From contig NC_090335.1 in the NCBI RefSeq assembly GCF_035084215.1, positions 56,172,001-56,236,000 of the forward strand: 64,000 nt of DNA, read 5' to 3'. The notes below the pieces were generated by a model. It was not told the DNA's origin and ran no database searches. It was given only the letters and a program-made list of their open reading frames with translations. Below, piece after piece: positions 26,085 through 39,194 of the stretch (its first letter is position 1; every line of letters begins with the position of its first letter). The position numbers and the translations under genes were made by a program. Source of the DNA: Heptranchias perlo (Eukaryota).

Positions 26085-27215
26085 AAAATTATTTATTCTT
26101 GGGATGTGGGCATTGCTGACAAGGCAGGGATTTATTGTCTATCCATAGGCTCCCTTGAGAAGGTGCTGGTGGGGCTTCTTAAACTGCTGCTGTCAGTGTG
26201 AAGGTGCTTCCACAATGCTGTTAGATAGACAGTACCAGGATTTTTTTTAATGACACAATCAGAGCTTTTTTCTATCTTTTTTTAATTTTTATTTTTAGGC
26301 CCCCCTTTTATAAGAAAGGGGGGGGGGGTTTAGGGTGTGTTTACGTGCAAAAAATCCCAAAAAAACAAAACAAGTGTCAAATTAAAATTTTATTATTTTT
26401 GTCCAGGATGCACACCAGCCCCTGCGGTGCCCACCGGTTGCGGAAAGCCTCAAGCGTTCTGGCAGACACCGCATGCTCCATCTCCAGGGCCGCCCGGGCA
26501 CGGAGAATTCCGCGGAAGAGAGGCAGACAGTCCGAGCGACCGCCCCCACGGGCCACGACCAACCTGGACCTGTGGATAGCCACCTTGGACAGGCCCAGGA
26601 GCAGGCCCACGAGGACGTCCACTGATCTGCCCGCCCCCCTCCTCACCGGGTGGCCAAAGATCAGGAATGTGGGACTGAGGTGCAGCCGGAACTTGAGGAG
26701 CAGCCCCCCCAAATAATCAAACAGGGGCTGCAGCCTCCTGCACCCAGTGAACAAAAGAAACATGGACTCGTCCAGGCCGCAGAAATTGCAGGCAGCCTGG
26801 GAGTCCGTGAAGTGGCGTAACCGCCTATTTGTCGCGACTGCTCTGTGCAACACTCTCCACCCCAGATCCCCAATGGCACACGGGAGGATTCCCTAGTAAA
26901 GAGCCCTCCACTGGGGGCCTCCGCCGGACAGCAGGATGGTACGCCAGGGCGTGTCCGGGCAAGAGACAAGGGCGAGGAAGTGGAGAGTGTGCAGGAGCAG
27001 CCAAAATACCAGGATTTTAACCCAATGACACTGAAGAAATGACAATATATGTCCAGGTTGGGATGGTGTGTGATTTGGAGGGGAACTCAGGTGATTGTGT
27101 TCCCATGCACCTGCTGCCCTTGTCCTTCTATGTGGTGGAGGTTGTAGGTTTGGGAGGTGCTGCAGTGCACCCTATAGCTGGTACACACTGCAGCCACGGT
27201 GCACTAGTGGTGGAG
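26085..27215 (-). mobile_element. 3' fragment of the same LINE family as 51140-54411, split by a Tx1/L1-like insertion
   Basis: 26085-26244 and 27007-27215 are reverse-complement homologous to about 54030-54405. Confidence 0.75.
26245..27006 (-). mobile_element. Tx1/L1-clade LINE 3' fragment with 12-bp TSD
   Basis: LHRAVATNRRL..CNFCGLDESMFLLFTGC is the C-terminal zinc-knuckle region (His decayed). GC/CpG-rich. TSD taccaggatttt at 26233-26244 and 27007-27018. Confidence 0.85.
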
Positions 27216-28735
27216 TGGAACAACACCACCTAGCCTTCAACCAATATCCATTTTCCACAAGCAGGCACTGGTTACCAATCAAGCACAAGAACCCTGGTTG
27301 ATATTTCCCTTTCCTAAACCAGAGATTGAGGTCAATATTCCTTAATGCTACTCCAGCTCAGAGGGAGCTCCTGGTCTTTTATGGTTTAGTATCCTATCAT
27401 ATAGTACACTCACCCATTAAGCCACTGCTCATACTCATTTTGTAGCCTTTAAAGCAAAACACAGACTAAGGAACTTCTTATTCCACTCACTCAAACTATT
27501 TTAGTTTTGAAAAAAAAACAGCATAAAGACAATGAATGCAATATAGATAACTCCATGTTTAAGTAGGTTGCCAGGTTTGCCAATTTTTAAATCATTTCCA
27601 GTTATACACTCTGCACTTCCTTTTAAAAAATGATTTGGCTCTAACATACTATGCCATCAACATATGCTAAAATGAGAAAAAAAAAATGGAGGTTATTTAT
27701 AGGAATAAATGTTGTACAACTTTAAGTGAAAACACCTGTGTGGCAGGTATCAGCTAACTCAGTACAAACTAGGTAGCTTCTGGTCTTTGGTGGTGGTCAT
27801 TTTGTCACCATTAATCAAAACACAGACAAGGTTACTGGTTTTGGGACATAAAACTAGCTGTATTCATGGAGAAGTGTAATAAGAGTGAGACATGACAAGA
27901 TTTTAGACACAAGTGGAAATGACACTATAATCCTAGTGTGAAAAGTGAGGTTGAAACAGGACTTGATCTGAAAAATATTTAATTCATCTAATCCATACCC
28001 AATAAACTGGAGTCAATGTTTTGGCTGTTCTGGGATTTAGTGGTTATGCCTCAGTTTTGATGTGAGGGATACATAAGATTGTTTCTTTCCATTCACTGAT
28101 TTTAAAAAGGGGGAAATGTTTTTACTTCAGAAATATAGAACCTTCAGATGTAGAAGCAGTTTAGAATACTGTTGAAAGAAAAACTAAATTAAATGTAAAT
28201 CACTTTCTAGGAAGCTGTAAATTTTGAGAGTGAAGGGCTGAGCATACCTCTTGAGAAAACCCAATTGTTGCACATTTGGCAGTACAATGCAAGTGTACAG
28301 CCTTAAACATATTCAATACCTTTCCCACTAACCAGGATATTACACATGGCTACAGGCCACAAATAGCATCCATATGCAAAATCTGAGAGACTAGGAGGCA
28401 CACAAGAAAAACATTTCTCCTTTAATAACTAAACAATGACACCTTTCACCACAAGGTAAAATCCCAGTAGTTTAAGAATGGAATTTAGACTGGGGCCCAA
28501 ATGTTCAAGACATTGGGTAACCGTTGCAAAGTGTTTTAACAAAAAGCAAAAAAATACTGCAGAAGCTGGAAATCAAACAAAAACACCGGAGGCAACTTCT
28601 GTGGAGAGACCATTAGTCCACGTTTCAGGTGTGGAACACTCTTAGTTTTTTTTTGTTTCATTACGAAGTATTGTTGCTTTACTGAATTCACTTAAACAAT
28701 TCAGCAAGCAACACTACATCCTCATTTTTTTGCTC

Positions 28736-29785
28736 TCAGTAGCTTTTCTTACTTAAACTTCTTGTAACAATTGGCGATCGAGTGAACTGATTAGTTTTCG
28801 GCACATTTGAAACTTTCTTCAAGTACTTGAAAATGGAGTGAAAGCAAGTTGTAGGAGCCAAATTATGGTTTTCAGTGCCTGCAGAAACTTGCGCACAGTC
28901 CATCTTCATTGAGGCAACAGGCTTGTCTAGAGGTTTGGGGCTCAATAACCAGTTACGGCAATTTTTTTCAATCCAATTCCGACCTGTTTGTCCAACGTTT
29001 TGATGGTCTGCATCATGAGCAGAGTTTATGAAGGCTACAGCAGACACTTTAGTCATTACTTCGCTACGTTCATTTAGTAGGTTCACAAATGCCAACCCAC
29101 CATAGCCATGGGCCAAGAAGGCTACACTTATAGCAGCAGACTTAGATATAAAGTGGTCCCAAATGTAGATGGTGTGCTGTTCAGCACTTTCAACACCCCT
29201 TTTTGGTATTTGTTCAAGCACTTCAAGTTTTAGATTATATTCTTTTTGATCAGAATCACATTGTTTTTTCTCTTCTGCGTCTGAGTCATCTTTTTGCTTA
29301 ATAGCCATAAAGTTGTCATTGGGGTTTAATACTATCACTCCATAGTGCTCCTTTAGCGCTTTTTTAATAAACGGGATTTGAGTGCCAGTGTCCAGGCAAT
29401 CATGCACAATCAATTGATGGGACCATGAACCAGCCCGCATGACTCCACGATCTTGAAGCAGAACAAGTAACTTGGAAGGATTGGTCACGGCACCTTCACT
29501 CATGAAGCAGAAACTCTTGGGGTCATTTTCTGTGGCATCTACGGGAATATAGACTCGTTTCAGTAGACACTCTGTTTCTAAGAGCTCGTATACATACTCG
29601 GCGAGAACTGTTCCAAAGGCGTAGTACCACTGGTGGTTCAAGTTGGTTGCATTACTATATTGTTTGAAAACAAATGGTTGGTTAGTTTCAGTGTGCCTCA
29701 GTTGTCCTTTTTCATTGAAAAAGTATTTGAGTTCTTTCAGTCTCTTTGCATTTTCTAGTTGTTTAGGAATCACTGGTTCTTCCAT
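28736..29785 (-). CDS. FAM172B: FAM172B / ARB2B (Arb2-domain paralog of FAM172A/ARB2A), single coding exon, 349 aa from MEEPV
   Basis: YFFNEKGQLRH, RGVMRAGSW, LDTGTQIPFIKKA..YGVIVLNPN, IWDHFI, AHGYGGLAFV, VSAGTENH. The ORF-track extension 29786-29821 is a polypyrimidine acceptor (ttcttttcttttaag|aaaATG), so the likely start is 29785. It lies between SENP7 and TRMT10C, as human FAM172BP does. Confidence 0.88.
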   Translation of the reverse strand: MEEPVIPKQLENAKRLKELKYFFNEKGQLRHTETNQPFVFKQYSNATNLNHQWYYAFGTVLAEYVYELLETECLLKRVYIPVDATENDPKSFCFMSEGAVTNPSKLLVLLQDRGVMRAGSWSHQLIVHDCLDTGTQIPFIKKALKEHYGVIVLNPNDNFMAIKQKDDSDAEEKKQCDSDQKEYNLKLEVLEQIPKRGVESAEQHTIYIWDHFISKSAAISVAFLAHGYGGLAFVNLLNERSEVMTKVSAVAFINSAHDADHQNVGQTGRNWIEKNCRNWLLSPKPLDKPVASMKMDCAQVSAGTENHNLAPTTCFHSIFKYLKKVSNVPKTNQFTRSPIVTRSLSKKSY

Positions 29786-30879
29786 TTTCTTAAAAGAAAA
29801 GAACAACCCGCTATTCTGCATTAGACCTTAATTCAGTAGTCTAAACGAATAACATTATGCCGTTAAAAAATTTCGGTACTACTGAGCTATTATATAGATA
29901 GTGAAACCTACCCAAATTAAAGCTTAAGCATTTTTGTTGTTTATAAAACTTTACATACCCATCCCTTTATCATACCCATTCCTTTATTACCTACGCTAAT
30001 ATAATTGGTTTAAACAATGTTGTTTAATTAATTATATTAATGGTGGTTCTAAAGTTCTTAGTAACGACTATGTAAAAATAAGGCCAAATTGAGATAATTG
30101 ACCATTTAAAATGTTTATATGTTGTTTACATGATTGTCATGATCAACTTATTCCTCCTTTGCAAAGAGTACCAAACTCTGGGATTCTATTGCCATTCATT
30201 CAATTCTTCAGGAGCAAATTAAATTCAAAGTTCTCAAGGATATTTTGGCCCATCAATCACTTGCTAATCTCTGGGTTTTGGTGCATGCTAATTAGACTTC
30301 GTTATTTGAATGAATACAGCTGTACTTAATCAAATGCAGTTAATCTACACTTTGTATTAAGGACCAGCAACAATAGAATTTGTAAAAGACCTTGGTACAA
30401 ATAATTGGTCCCCCCTCCATGTATTGTGACTTATTTACTACCTGAAAAAATGTTTTATATTGTCAAGAAGAACCAGCAAGTTTAATGCTTCTAATTTGGT
30501 GGGTAAAAAAAAAAGTCCATCATAGCTATTAAAAATGCTTAGCTTAGCCTGACAGGTGTGTATGGCAATGGATTTATCAGTGCTACCATTGTTCTTCTAG
30601 GAGAATAAGATCTCCCTTATTAGTACATGGCCTATGGGATGGTTGGCACCCATGTAGTCCACCTGCCTTTCTTCTGCCACACTTCCTGGGCCTTTGTCAG
30701 ATTTTCTATGCTTTCCTCCTCTGGACCCACATTTTACATAGAATTTGCAGCACAGAAACAGGCCATTCAGCTAACTAGCCTTTGCTGGGGTTCATACTCT
30801 ATACAAGCCTCTTCATCTAACCCTATCAGCATATCCTTCTATTCCTTTCCCCCCCCCCCCCGTGCTTAAATGTATCTAT

Positions 30880-31115
30880 GCTATTTGCCTCAACTACTTG
30901 TCTCATTATCACCTCATTTTGCCTTGCACCATGATCAATTTTGTTATTTAATCACTCCTGCCCCATCACAGACCTCTTCCAGCCCCCTTTCCCTGGCCTT
31001 GCTTAAGAGCTATTCATCTTTCATATTCTAGTTCTGATGAAAGGTCATCTGTTTTTCTCTCTCCATATATGCTGCCTGACCTGCTGATTGTTTCCAGCAT
31101 TTTCTGTTTTTACTA
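30880..31115 (+). mobile_element. Penelope-like pLTR remnant
   Basis: gttctgatgaaaggtcatc...gctgcctgacctgctgattgtttccagcattttctg. The hammerhead core is partly deleted. Confidence 0.6.
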
Positions 31116-31819
31116 AGATTTTGTACTAAGTCGGTGTAATACTGCAATATCTTGCTGTATTTTCAGTTTATCTGTAATTATGTTTCTTGTAATTTCAGTC
31201 AAATGCCTCTGGGCTGCTGTAAAAACCTCTCAACTTTTTCCACTCTAATTTTCTTCCCCTCCTTCTTGAAGGTACTGACTCTTGTTGAGGTACTCTTCTT
31301 GGCTGCTGTCGGCCTTCTGGTATTTTGCTCAAGTGGTCATTCTTCATATGTTGGCAGATGATTTGGCCATGGACACATCACAACCAAACATAATCCTGCC
31401 CTTTCCCAGCATGTACATATCTGCACTTCTAGTATGGATTGTTGGATAGTAATCAGGAGTGGGCACCCTAGACAATTTCCCATTTTCTAACCTAAAAGCC
31501 TTTGACATGCTATCAAGCAGTGTCGATCATGCCAGTTACTCTTAAAAATGTCTGCCGATCAATTAAAGGGACAAAAGTGTTGGGGTATACATCTTCAAAT
31601 CCTTGCATGGTCTCTTCCTCCTGCTTTACACCCCCTTCTGCATTTTTTTGGCTGGTTCACTGACCTTCCTTTGCGTCATCCTTCGTGGCAGAGCTTTCAG
31701 CCAGTTTGGGCCTACTCTCTGGAATTCAGTCCCTAATACCCCTCTGCCTCTCTTCTTTTCCAACTTTTTAAAAAGCCTTCTTAAAACCCATCTTTTCCAT
31801 CAACCTTTTGGTGACCTCT

Positions 31820-32417
31820 CCCGACGTACCCCCGGCTACGACACTTTTTTAAAAAAAAAATGTATAAATTCATGTTATACTTCAATCATTTCAAAACGCC
31901 TTTTGCCTTCTCAGTGAAGAAAACCTGGTTATTTTATGCTGTGGGGAAATGTTTCTTTAAGAGAGAGAGAGAGCAGCTTCTCTTGGTGCCTAGCCCTTTA
32001 AGAGGTTTGTTTTTGCTCCTCCCCTTCCGGTGTGAGGTGGATTCCTTCCTTCCCTTGGAGAGAAAGAGGAGCTAAAAAAAAAGAGAGAGGGGGGCGGAAA
32101 GAGCGTAGAGGCGAACCTGCTGCACGGCTCCTGGAATCTTTTCATTTGAAAGAGAAACGAATAGACAAGGCCTTTGTGCCGGTTGTGTTGGGGTGTTCGG
32201 CCGGCGGTGGTCGCTGGGGGTGTTGTCGCTGACCGCGGCCTGTGGTGATGTGACCGTTAGAGCTTCCTGCCAGCTGACGGATCGAAAACTGTGAGCAGCG
32301 AGCACGGGGCCGCTCTGTTTCCTGTTAACTTCCTAATTGTGCTTTTTTTTTTCCTCCCCAAAAAAAAAGTAATAATTTCCCATTCAGCCACATATCTCTC
32401 GGACCAAATCCCTTAAG
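31820..32417. promoter_or_regulatory. CpG-rich putative bidirectional promoter (FAM172B -/SENP7 +) including SENP7 non-coding exon 1
   Basis: Dense CpG in otherwise CpG-poor DNA, GC box ggggcgg near 32091, ETS-like cttccgg near 32024, strong donor aag|gtgagt at 32417/32418. Confidence 0.7.
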
Positions 32418-32864
32418 GTGAGTGCAGATCTGCTGTTTTGTTTTGACCATTATTTTACAGAATTGTAATTTGGTTTCAGGTGTTGTAAGCATGGATGCAA
32501 CTTAACTTTTTTTTTGTTGATGTTTATTTGCTGCTCGAGATCCGACCGTATGAATATAAATCCTTCACGAGAGCAAAATGTATCTGCGGGATGTTTTCAG
32601 TCATAGCAAAAGTATAAAATATAGCCCACCGTTATTATGTGACTCCTAAAACAAACTTAATTTATTTTTGATCTGTCTTGCATTCACTTGGAAATCAGCC
32701 AGAGGCACTATCTTGGTGAAAAACGTTTGGTAAGTCTTACCTGGAGAAGAAAGTGAGCAGGAAATACATGATCACAATTATGTGACTTGCTTGGTTTTGT
32801 ATTATATAAACAAGTCCTGGAAATGGCGATCCCTTGATGATGATGATGGTGTTGCTTGTTTCAG

Positions 32865-32974
32865 AATTTCACAGACTTATAACAAATGGAAATGACTGGC
32901 ATCTAGCAGCACTTTGACCTGGAAATTCACTTGCTGCAGCACCATCTTGCAGATCTCCTGTGGCGCTGTTCAGG
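32865..32974 (+). other. SENP7: Candidate SENP7 5'UTR exon containing a uORF
   Basis: Acceptor ttgcttgtttcag| and donor cagg|gtaagt. Contains ATG GAA ATG ACT GGC ATC TAG. Confidence 0.45.
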
Positions 32975-35900
32975 GTAAGTCAGAGTATATGTTATTTTAT
33001 AATAGGGCTGTCCTGAACAAAGTGGAATAGGTGAAATGCTACAGGAATTAAGAGTGATGGGTACAAGTAGTGCAAAGTACATGGCCAGTTGTTTACACAT
33101 GAATATTTAGGATGGGATTGGAAAGATTCGGTATTGATTTAAAGGAAGGGTGAGCAGAAATTTTTTAAAAATCAAATATGCTTTTACATTGTGCAATCTT
33201 GTGTGTTATTCAATTCACATATCTAAAGGGCTACTACCAGTGATGGAACTGTAATTGTCAGTACTTCTAATATTACAGCTCAAAATGTTACGCCAGATGC
33301 AGCTCACTTTTGGAAGGACAAGATTGATATTTGTACGGAGTGGGGGGGGGGGGGGGGTTGGTGTGTGTGTAATTACCCACCATTATGGTTTGCTAAAATC
33401 CCAATGGCAACACTGCAGTTTGTAAAGGGTATTACAAAAAACCCATACAACTGTATTCATTGAATCTTTTGAATATTAGGAAAAGGAATAAAATTGTTCA
33501 TTAAAATTATTGGTAAGTATTCTATGGACCAGTTCATCTTGTTCATTTTTTTGAATGTATAATTTAATATCAACTTGTTGATCACGTTACCTTTGCCTCC
33601 AATAAATACAGTTTTGAAATTAGGGTGAGGAGAATGAAGCATCTTTAGATTCTCTCAAGTTATTTTGTCATATCCATTGTAATAGGAATTGAACCTCAGA
33701 GTAATATTTAAAAATAAACTTGATGCTTTTATATAATGCTGGACATTGTGTTTTACACAGATGTTACTTTTCTTCAGGGTGTGATGCAATTCAGAATGCC
33801 TACTTCACACTCGGACAGGCTTTATCTGTTTGTGTTAAGCAAATATTATAATAGACATAATCTGTGCCTGACTTTTTGGAGAATCTATTATTATGAAAAA
33901 ATTGCAGTTAATACTTTTAATACATTTGTGGAGACTGGAGGTGTTGTATTCCATCTCGTATATAGCAAATACACATGTCAATAGTGCATTGTTTCCTGAC
34001 ATCTTGAGCCTCAAATCTCCTATTAATAGTTTGTTTATATATTGCAGAATTGAATGTGCTGGTGCTTTGGAATTCACCCTGTTTACATTGTGGATTTCAG
34101 ACCACTGGTAGCATTAGGGAAAGGTGTACAGTTGTTGAAAAGATTTATTTCAGCTTTAAGTATCAAAATACGTCCCTGGCCTATGTGAGTGAGCTGAGTG
34201 CCCAGTCTGTGTGTAGCTTAAAAAAAGGTGGTCTGCAATTTCCCTTTGTTTGCCATTGGTGGTGCAGAGGAGAAAAGCCACCTCTTATTGTGATGCTTTG
34301 GTATCAGAAGTGCTAACGTTATCGCCCTTGTATTACAGTGCTCCCACTGGAGTTGGTGCTGCCTCTGGCACAAGACTATAATTTAAATGCAGCATTCGAG
34401 CGTCCAACTTCAACGACCACCTTTGACCCATTAAAAATTCTAATCTCCTTGAGATTTGTATACAAAGACTGTAGGGGCAAGGATGTTTGCCCCTCCCCCG
34501 GGCAAGAGGAAGGGATTGTAGGAATGCAGAAGAAGGAACTGACTTTTTAAAAAAAAATTCAAACAAAACTTTAAAAAAATAATTCTCTTAATTTCGCCCC
34601 CGCCCCACTTTTGGGTCCCTCGGCACCACATGTCATCTTCCAGGCCAATCCTACTCTTATCTAAATACTGGTAGTTGCATAAGAGAGCCCAGATGATTTG
34701 TTCTGTAGGGCTTTTCCCCTCTTTACACTCCCAGGAGGATAACACCTCTGGTGAGATTAGGGAGGTGTATGTGCATCATGGGCATGAAGGAAGAAAAAAA
34801 ATCCAAACATTACAAATGCTTTAATGCTGCAGTGAAACAATAGCCATCCATGATGGTATAAATTGCTCACTTAATTGAATTTTGAAGATGTTTTTTCAAA
34901 TCATTGCAGCATCAGCAGACCGTGTCTTCCCCAATACAATTACTGACATTTTTTTGTTCTCTATTCAACATTGTCTGCATTGTGAATGAGATTCAGATGT
35001 ATTTTTTGGATAATTGTATTTATAATTTTGAATGCAGTGATTAATGCTTCTGATCAGATTTTTCTACATAAGGCATTAGCATAGTATCACCTGAGCTCAA
35101 CACCCTTACTGTGCATTTACCCTATAGTTTTTATTTGCAGAAGAGTTTTGGGTTGCTCTGTCAATAATTTGGCAATGTTTTTTTTGTCTTAGATTTTGCA
35201 AATTCAGAAGTAGACAGTTGTATATTTTTGTTCTGTTTGATTTGAACTGGAGATCAAAATTATTTATTGCACAAATACTGGCCAGTTAAAGAAGGCAGAA
35301 AGAAGCACTTTTTGTACAAAGTACATTGCACTCCCCCTCTTTTTAAATATGCTCATTGGGAAATTCTCACTTTTGTATAGTTCTTGTGGTTTCATGAAGA
35401 ACTACCATTTTGTGTTTCTGCACCCTCTAAAGCCATTCCAGTGACCTGGATTATAGAGCAGCATGCCTCCCAGAGTGGCTCTGTTGGTTTGACCAGACCT
35501 GTGTTTTGCACTGGCTTGAAGACCATTTTAGATCTGCCTGAGCTGGGAAAAATTGCTACTGACAATCCATGCATTTGTTTCAGTTTATATTTATTTGCTC
35601 TCAATCCTTTTCTCCTCAAGGTGGTAACTAATACTGGGATGTAGTTCCACAGGTGATTGTGTCCCACTAATATCTCTTCCCCACCCCCCCCCCCCCGCCC
35701 CCAAATTGTCCATTCTTATGTCACTGCATATTTTGTTGGTGAACTATTCACCCATAAGAGCCATCACAGTCGAGCTGCTCTTGTCCTTAATTGTAGAAGA
35801 TAGGCGGAAAAGCTGTTAGTTGAAATCCTCAAGACTCCTTGTTATTCCTTTCACGTTCTGCAAAGCCCATTGATTAAATATTGCAGCTCTGTTTATCTCA

Positions 35901-36884
35901 AGTGAGGGTTAATTCCAACTTCATACTTAAACAGACCAGTGGACTTGCTGAGGATGCCCTGCTCTGTGCCAGAGTTCACCTTCTATAACATTGCACAGAT
36001 GTCAGACTATAAGACCAAAACAATAATTAAACCAGATCTCCATGTTTATGTTGCGAATACGAGCTGCAGTAGAATTAGTTTAAATATTTGCAAAATATAG
36101 GAGCGATTAAGCAACGCAAACCTCTTGCTTTTGTAACACTGCTCTTTACACAAGTTCAAATATGGAATTAACCATCACTTGTTAAACAAGATTACTGAAG
36201 AAAGCATATTAGTCCATGGAAAAAAGATATGTCCCATGTTTTGCATTTCTTTCAAGATACTTTTGAAATCTTCTGTAATGTTTCAGTTGTGTACGACTCA
36301 GATTGTGGCCTGAGGGGATGATTTTACTGCACAAACAGATTAGAAATGAGCTCTGCAGAAGTGTGTATTTTAAAAATAGTTCTTAGACTTTTTTGTTGCA
36401 ATCTCAATCCAGAATAGAGCTCCTTGCTCTTAAACATTTTTCAATTGTTATTTGTTCTGTGTCCTAAATATATTGTAGGAAGTCATACATCAAGCTGTAG
36501 AGACTGATTTTACTTTGTTTGGATAAGCCGTCCTAGTGTAAATATGTAAATCCATTAAAACATTTGTCATATATGGCTTTAATGAAATGGTTTAGTGCAC
36601 AATGTTCATGGAAATTCCCATATAAGGAGGGTTTCCCTCCTTCCTGGTAACTTTCATTAGTGATGTGCAGAGAATCATTTTGTAAATATGCTTTTGGAGA
36701 GAAAGAAAAGAGAAGGAAAAACTAATTCAGTACCCTAGGTTCACTTTTTTGTTTGTTTAACTGGTCTGCAAAACTGCGAATGCAGAAAATAGCTTTTAAT
36801 CTTGCTTAAGCAGCTTGGCAGTTATCAATTGTACAATCTGTACAGGATTGTGTTTTCAGGATAAATTTGCTGTGATGTCTGTCA

Positions 36885-37525
36885 ATGACAATAACTTGCA
36901 TTTATAGAGCACCATGAACATAGAAAAACGTTCCACGGTGCTTTACAGAGGCATGATCCAAAAAATGGATACTGAGCCAAAGAAAAAATTAGGACAGGTG
37001 ACTAAAAGCTTTGGCAGAGGTGAGTTTTAAGGAGACCCTTTAAAGTAGGAGATGGAGGTTGAGAGGCAGTGGAGTTTAAGGAGAGAACCCAAGAGTGTGG
37101 GGTAGGTGGATGAAGGCATGGCTGCCAGTGGTGGGGTGAAGGTAGTTGGGGGGTGGAATCCCCAAGGCCACAGTTCGAGGAGGTTGTTGGGCTAGAGGAG
37201 GTTACAGAGATAGAGGGGTGAGGCAATGAAAGGATCTAAACATGAGGATGAGAATTTTAAATTTGAGGTATTGGGGGACCGGCTCCTAGTGTAGATTAGT
37301 GAGGATAGGTGGGTGGTGGGTTAGAATACTGGAAACAGAGTTTTAGTTGAGCTGAAATTTACGGAAGGTGGAGAATGGGAGCTGACGAGGAGAACATTGA
37401 AATAATAAGTCTGGATGGGCGTTTCAGGAGCAGATGAGCTGTGTAGGGGCAGAGGTGGGCGATGTTAGAGGTGGAAGTAGATAATCTTGATTATGGAGCA
37501 GATAAGGTGACAAGCTCAGCTCAGT
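36885..37525 (-). mobile_element. L2 LINE 3' fragment
   Basis: Begins with the reverse-complement tail caataacttgcatttatagagcacc. Homologous to 20400-21012 and 60160-60505. Confidence 0.75.
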
Positions 37526-39194
37526 CCTAAAGGACGCTATTTAATGATATGTAGGCCACAAAATTGCTGTAATTAGGATTGTTGACTGAGCTGGGAATGA
37601 ACTGTGTGGGGGATGCATTAACTTATAAAATACAGTGTACATATTACCAAACTTATTTCTTGAAATTTTGAATCTGCTAGGCATTAGGGCCTTGGTTTTG
37701 TTTGGTCTTGTACCCATCGATGAGGAAAGTTGCTTTTTTTGAGACTCTCAAGCTCAACAGTATAGAGAGAAGGAGGTTAAGAGGGTACCTCATTGAGGCA
37801 CATTTTTTTAACATTGATTTAAACAATAATGTAACTAAGAATATTTAAATTAGCAAAAAATACATTTAAAACAGAATAACTTATTCATGGGGTGATAAAT
37901 GATTGGTATAATCTTCCAGACAAGGTAGTAGAGACAAAAACATTGAGGCATTCAAAATGAAGTGGAAGGGGAAAGCTAAAGTACCAGAGGGACAAGCTTT
38001 GTTATGCAGTATGGCTTTTCTTATCCTTGAGTTTTGTGCAATACAGCAGATAAATGAGGAGCTGAAATTAGGTATAGGTTGCTAGGGAGAGAGTTTTTAA
38101 AAAGAACAGTGTATAATGCGGCATGAATATTATGTAGGAAAATAAGTATTCCCCTCCCTAACAATTTTTCCATGAACTGGAACTCTCTCTGGTACCCTTT
38201 CAACATTTCCATAGGGATTTTTGGTGTCTCTGGTACAGTACCAAATACTAAAGGTCTTCTGGGAATTGAGTATTATTTCAACAATGATCCAGGGAAAATA
38301 GTGTATTACATAGAATCTAGTTAGCACAAGATGATATTTTTCTCCTAAAGAGTTAGAAGGGATTTGTATCCTCTTAATAGACATAAATTGAACTTATAAA
38401 ATGTTCAGCAAGCAACAGCTCATAAAATATTCTGAGTTAATGGCTTAAAATATGATTGGTGTGCTGACTTCGACTTGCATCCTTGTTTCTTATGTGTAGA
38501 ATTGCTTTGTAATGTTCTTCAACGACTCATTGGATATATTTTCTACAATGCATCACAGTCCATTGTGTTTATAATTTATTGATAATTGAAAATTGTTGAT
38601 CATTAATGATCCTTTGCTTCATTTTGCATCAACCAGATTGGTGTAGCTAGTTGTTTCTGGACTCTTCTATGTCCCTTCTCAAAGTTCCCTTTTTAATGCA
38701 ATACTGCATCAGGTACAAAGTGCTTCAAGTTTCACTTTGAGTGGATCTTCACTGACTTGCCATCTGTTCAACTCTGTTTAGAGCTGCTTTTGGAAGCTTC
38801 TGTGGTGTAAACTTATTTTGTGTAAAATACACACAGCACAGCTATATAGATCTGTTCATCTATACCCTTTTCCTCACCATTTGTAGATTTTTACTGTTTT
38901 AGGTTATATTTCTTTTCACAAAATATACCACTTTGTATTTATCTTTCTTGGACTACATTTGCCAATGCCAGCTCAGTTTTCTAACCTGTCAGTCCTTTTG
39001 CATTCTTCTATCTGCCATGCCCCTCCCTCCCAATTTGGAGATAACAGCAAATTTTGATATTAGTTCCAATGCTCATATCCAAATAATTTGTGTATATTGT
39101 GAATGAGGTTCCAGCACATCCTTGGGGCAAACTACTAACCACATCTTGCAAATCAAGAAACATCCATTAACCTCTACTGTCTGGCTTCTATCTG

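Noticed and set aside
26337-27042. GC/CpG-rich region with several plus-strand ORFs as a CpG-island gene
   Set aside because: Explained as the antisense strand of the Tx1/L1-like fragment bounded by TSDs.
29786-29821. N-terminal extension MQNSGLFFSFKK of FAM172B
   Set aside because: It overlaps a polypyrimidine tract and AG acceptor, so it is probably intronic.
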